A stretch of DNA of 63,097 bases, counting the filler, from Folioceros fuciformis (Eukaryota), in assembly GCA_049999805.1 (NCBI GenBank). It is 11 parts of 11 records of this genome, joined end to end, with 100 filler letters (N's around TTAATTAATTAA, not from the genome) between each part and the next. Parts side by side here need not be neighbours in the genome. Positions count along the whole stretch, not along the records: positions 52,502 to 63,097 come from JBNGIO010004866.1; 10 more parts are not named here. One strand, 5' to 3'. The translations under genes and the position numbers were made by a program. Below the pieces are notes generated by a model. The model worked only from the letters and a program-made list of their open reading frames with translations. It made no database searches and was not told where the DNA came from. Positions 58,990-63,097 of the stretch are shown in pieces (the first letter of the stretch is position 1; every line of letters begins with the position of its first letter).

Positions 58990-61900
58990 TGGTGAAGAAG
59001 AAGAGAGGAGGAGGCAAGCAGAAGAGGAGAAAGAGAGGTCACACTCTCACAATAGAGACACATTATACAAGGGAGCTCAAGGGGGTATTTATACCCTCTA
59101 GAAGAGCTCCCTAGGAAGCTTCACAAGAAGCCCACAGGAAGCTGCACAAGAAGCTTCCTACAGATTAGCTTAAGCTATACTAAACTAATGATACTTAACT
59201 AGACATTAATCTTAGACTAAACACATTAGTCTAAGCACATTGGGCTTTAATAACCCTACAACCTCCCCCTTAAAGGCCAATTTACCTTCATAGGAGAGTG
59301 GCCTACCTCATGCCCATGAGTGTCTGAGCTTGTGCGAATTGCTCTGAAGAGAGCCCCTTGGTAAGAACATCTGCAGGGTTCTGACTGGTGTGAACTTTGA
59401 CAAGTTGTACCCTCTTGTCTTCCAACACCTCTCGAATGAAGTGATACTTCACTTCCACATGTTTGGTCTTCGCATGAAACACTGGATTCTTCGCCAATTG
59501 GATAGCACTCTGGCTATCACAATGCAACACTGGCAGCTCAACCTTGATCCCCAAATCTCCCACTAGACGAGCAAGCCACATGGCTTCCTTGCACGCCTCA
59601 GTCGCTGCAACATACTTAGCCTCTGTGGTAGATAGTGTAATGCATGATTGCAAACGCGATCGCCATGAGACTGCCCCTCCAGTGCACATGAAGACATAAC
59701 CTGATATGGACCTCTTTTTATCCATATCCCCTGCATAATTAGCATCCGTATATCCCACTGCACATGCATCTTCACTACCAAAACATAAGCACAAAGCTTT
59801 TGTACCATTTAAGTACCGCATAACTCCTTTCACTGCCTCCCAATGCTTCCTGCCAAGGTTTGACCTAAACCTGCTGACTACTCCCATTGCAAAGGCAATG
59901 TCAGGACATGTAGCAATCATTGCATACATCAAACTCCCTACAGCTGATGAGTATGGAACCTTCTCCATTTTAGGTTTGTCCTCTATAGAGCTTGGGCAAT
60001 CTTTGCTCGAAAGTTTCACATATGGAGGCAACGGAGTACTCAATACCTTCCCCTTCTCCATATTGAAACGTTGAAGTACCTTGTTAATGTATTCAGTCTG
60101 AGACAAGTAAAGCAAATGCTTTTGTCTGTCTCGACGAATACGCATGCCAAGAATATGGCTTGCCTCTCCCAAGTCTGTCATGTCAAAGCGACCATTCAAC
60201 TTTGACTTCAACGCTGAAATCTCATCACTGTTAGTCCCAGCAATTAGCATATCATCCACATAGAGGACCAGAATGAGCAAGTTTCCATCCTTAGCTTGCT
60301 TCGTATAGAGGCAACGATCCTCATCGCTACGTTTGTAGCCTTGAGAAAGCATAAACGAGTGGAATTTGAAATACTACTCCCTGGTTGCCTGCTTCAAACC
60401 ATAAAGGCTCTTCTTTAACCTGCACACCAGACTCTCTTTGCCCTTCTCAATGAAACCCTCTGGTTGCTGCATATATACCTCTTCCTGGAGATCACCATGC
60501 ATAAATGCCTTCACATCCATCTGGATAAGTTCCATGTCGTGCCTCGCAACCAGACCAAGGACACATTGCAAGGTGGTCATTTTGACAACCGATGAGAAAA
60601 TCTCATCAAAGTCAATACCTTGCCGTTGCTTAAAACCCTTCGCAACCAATCGTGCCTTGTATTTGGGTTTGCCATAATGGGGTATGTCCTTCATCTTATA
60701 CACCCATTTGCATGGCAACGCCTTCTTGCCCTTAGGCAACCGAACCAACTCCCAAGTTTGGTTCTTGTGGAGCAAATCCATCTATGACTGCATCGCCTTC
60801 TCCCACTTGTCTTTGTCAGGTATTGACATGGCCTCTTGGTAACAAGAGGGCTGCCCACAATCCGTTAGCATGACATAATCAAGAGATGCAACATACCTGT
60901 CAGGAGGACGTGAGATCCTTTCTGACCTATGAAGCACTGGCGCCTCAACCGAAGCTTGTTGCACTCTCTCCTCTTGTACAAGTGGAGGAACTTATTCCTG
61001 CACATCACGACGTTCAACCTGCGCAGGACGGTCAAGTCCGTCTTCTTGGAAGACCACCCGTCGCACCTCCACAATTGGAGTAGGCTTCTTGTGCATCTTG
61101 GTCTCATTGAAGAACACGTCATTGCTGCGAACCATCATCTTGGCCTCTGGATCCCACAGACGGTATCCCATCTCACCAGATTCACCATAGCCAAGAAAAA
61201 TACATTTCTTGGACTTGGGTGCCAACTTGTCCCGAAACTCCTTCGGAACATGGTAGTATGCTTCGCAGCCAAACACTCATAGATGCTTGTATGATGGCTT
61301 CTTTCCAGACCACATCTCTTGTGGAACCTATTCATCCACAGCCCTATTAGAAGATCTGTTAATAAGATGCTCTGCAATAGCCACTGCTTCTGCCCAAAAT
61401 CCGTTAGGCAATCCAGAGTTTGACAACAAACTACGCATCCTCTCCTGGATGGTCCTGTTCATCCGTTCGGCCACACCATTCTGGGGTGGAGTGTATGGGG
61501 CAGTCAATTCTCTCCTGATTCCCTTGGAATCACAGAATGACTAGAAAGCCTTCGAAACATACTCTCCCCCATTATTTGTCCTTAGACATTTCAGTGGCAA
61601 GCCAGACTGATTCTCCACAAGGGTGACGAACTTCTGAAACACTGTCAGAACATCATCTTTTTTCCTCAAAGGATAAACCCACACCTTGCGTGAGAAATCA
61701 TCTATGAAAGTGACAAAATAGGATGCACCACCTCACGATACCATGGGCATAAGTCCACAAACATCACTGTGAACCAACTCAAGAGGTTTACTTTTGCGTT
61801 TACCTCTTGCTCCATGTGGTGACTTCGTCTGTTTCCCATACAAACATTGTTCACACACGGAGAAATCGGAGAAGTCAAAAGCAGGGACGTAACCAAAATG

Positions 61901-62243
61901 AGATAGTATCTTCATTCCTTTTTGAGACATATGTCCTAACCGACTATGCCACAAGAAAACACTTGGTTATTCCGTTACACAAATCACATGATCCTTGACA
62001 ATGGTTACCTGAAGTGAGTACAAAGTGCCACACTTTGATCCATGAGCTAACACAAGAAAACCTTTGGAGATCTTCTAAGAACGATCTCCAAACCAACAGT
62101 GGTAGCCAGCGTCATCCAACTGCCCTGCACTAATCATGATTTTAGCCAACTTCGGAACATGCCTAACATCCTTGAGTATGAATGAAGATCCATTGTCGAA
62201 CTTCAGCTGCACATCACCAACGCCTACAATCTCGTATGCGTAG
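58990..62243 (-). mobile_element. Ty1/Copia (Tork/Tnt1-like) with 3' LTR (to 59260), PPT (59261-59270), RNase H, RT, integrase and protease end
   Basis: Reads AGGGGGAGGT-TGTAGGG at the LTR start. Motifs LYVDDMLI, GAVSWRSRLQ, KYKARLVAKGF and WHSRLGHMSQKGM. Confidence 0.95.
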
Positions 62244-63097
62244 TGTGAACGAAAAAAACTTTCGAAACCCCCATTTTGAGCGACGGAATGAGCAGGTTGT
62301 GATTTTTCTTGTGAAGGGACAGGCGAATCGGCTTAGTAGGTAAATAAGACCAGGGTGTTTATGCCCAAAGTCCCTCTTGGGCTTTGGGGTGTACTGAAGA
62401 CCAAGACAAGGAGGAGGATTGAGCGAGTGCCTCCTTGCCTCTCGGGTCATTGAGAACATTAAGGACCAGGTCTGTAGGTAGGTGAGTGGGGTATGACCGT
62501 GGCCTTTGGTGGTCCGGGGCCCCTTAGGTCTCTATATATGCTACCCCCCCCTCTCTTTTCTTTTGAGAAATAAGGAAATAGAAATAATTAGGGAACAGGC
62601 CAGTGGTGGACTTAGGCAAAAATAAGGGCCAGGACGACGGGGCAACGGTAGCCGGCAGGGCAACCGTCGCCGGGGGGGACGACTGGTGGCAGCCCGATGG
62701 GCGGTAAGAAGAGAAAGCAGGTAGGGCATAAAAATCCTAGAGAAGGGGGAGCTTTGTCTAGCATCCGGAAGCGCGGGGAGTGGGAGTAACTTGAAGCGTG
62801 AAGCGGCTGAGGAAAGAGAAAGCGCTAGGACGACGGGACAGACGGCGCAGGGCGTAAGGGTGATTACCTCCCGCCCGCGCATCCTCTTTGGTGCTTCCCT
62901 TCCTTGGTTCACCACAAACCGTCTTACTCACCTCAGAAACAAGCGCACGCACACATGAACAGCAACAATCTGTTAGACGCCTTCCACCCGCGTGATCTTT
63001 CACCTTAGATACGCCCCGGCGGTCTCCATTCAATTTCTTCACAATCTCTCCAGTCTCATGGCGACCAGTCACTCATACACACCACGTCTCGTGCACC
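62244..63097 (+). mobile_element. Probable LTR inserted in the Copia protease region
   Basis: Copia coding similarity stops abruptly at TGTGAACG. The sequence after it is non-coding with a TATATAT element near 62533. Strand is tentative. Confidence 0.55.

Noticed and set aside
58470-58990. PBS-like tggtatcatattagagc and a possible gag remnant
   Set aside because: Too degenerate to support a call.

Overview
This is a eukaryotic plant nuclear scaffold, not a prokaryotic window. It comprises 11 contigs joined by ten artificial 100-bp spacers (44 N + TTAATTAATTAA + 44 N). Most of it is a nest of fragmented Ty1/Copia LTR retrotransposons, plus one near-intact Ty3/Gypsy polyprotein (24221-29659, minus). 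A gene island at about 43-56 kb holds three apparently intact spliced genes with short introns (about 80-155 bp): a CMP-sialic-acid-transporter-like nucleotide-sugar transporter with a GC-AG intron, a thaumatin-ectodomain non-RD receptor kinase, and a 12-exon 3-hydroxyisobutyrate-dehydrogenase-like gene. The island also has two PPR pseudogenes, one ending in a DYW:KP-like domain. Short introns, the PPR/DYW:KP signature and a CRE-like LINE remnant suggest a seed-free land plant such as a hornwort, lycophyte or fern (inference). The best leads are: (1) the thaumatin + WAK-like non-RD kinase fusion; (2) an LTR that is a Gypsy/Copia chimera joined at AACCCTA; (3) a Copia derivative lacking RT/RNase H; (4) readable mutational scars (a template-switch palindrome and microhomology deletions). 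All family assignments come from recalled motifs; no database search was run. TE boundaries are approximate unless termini are quoted.
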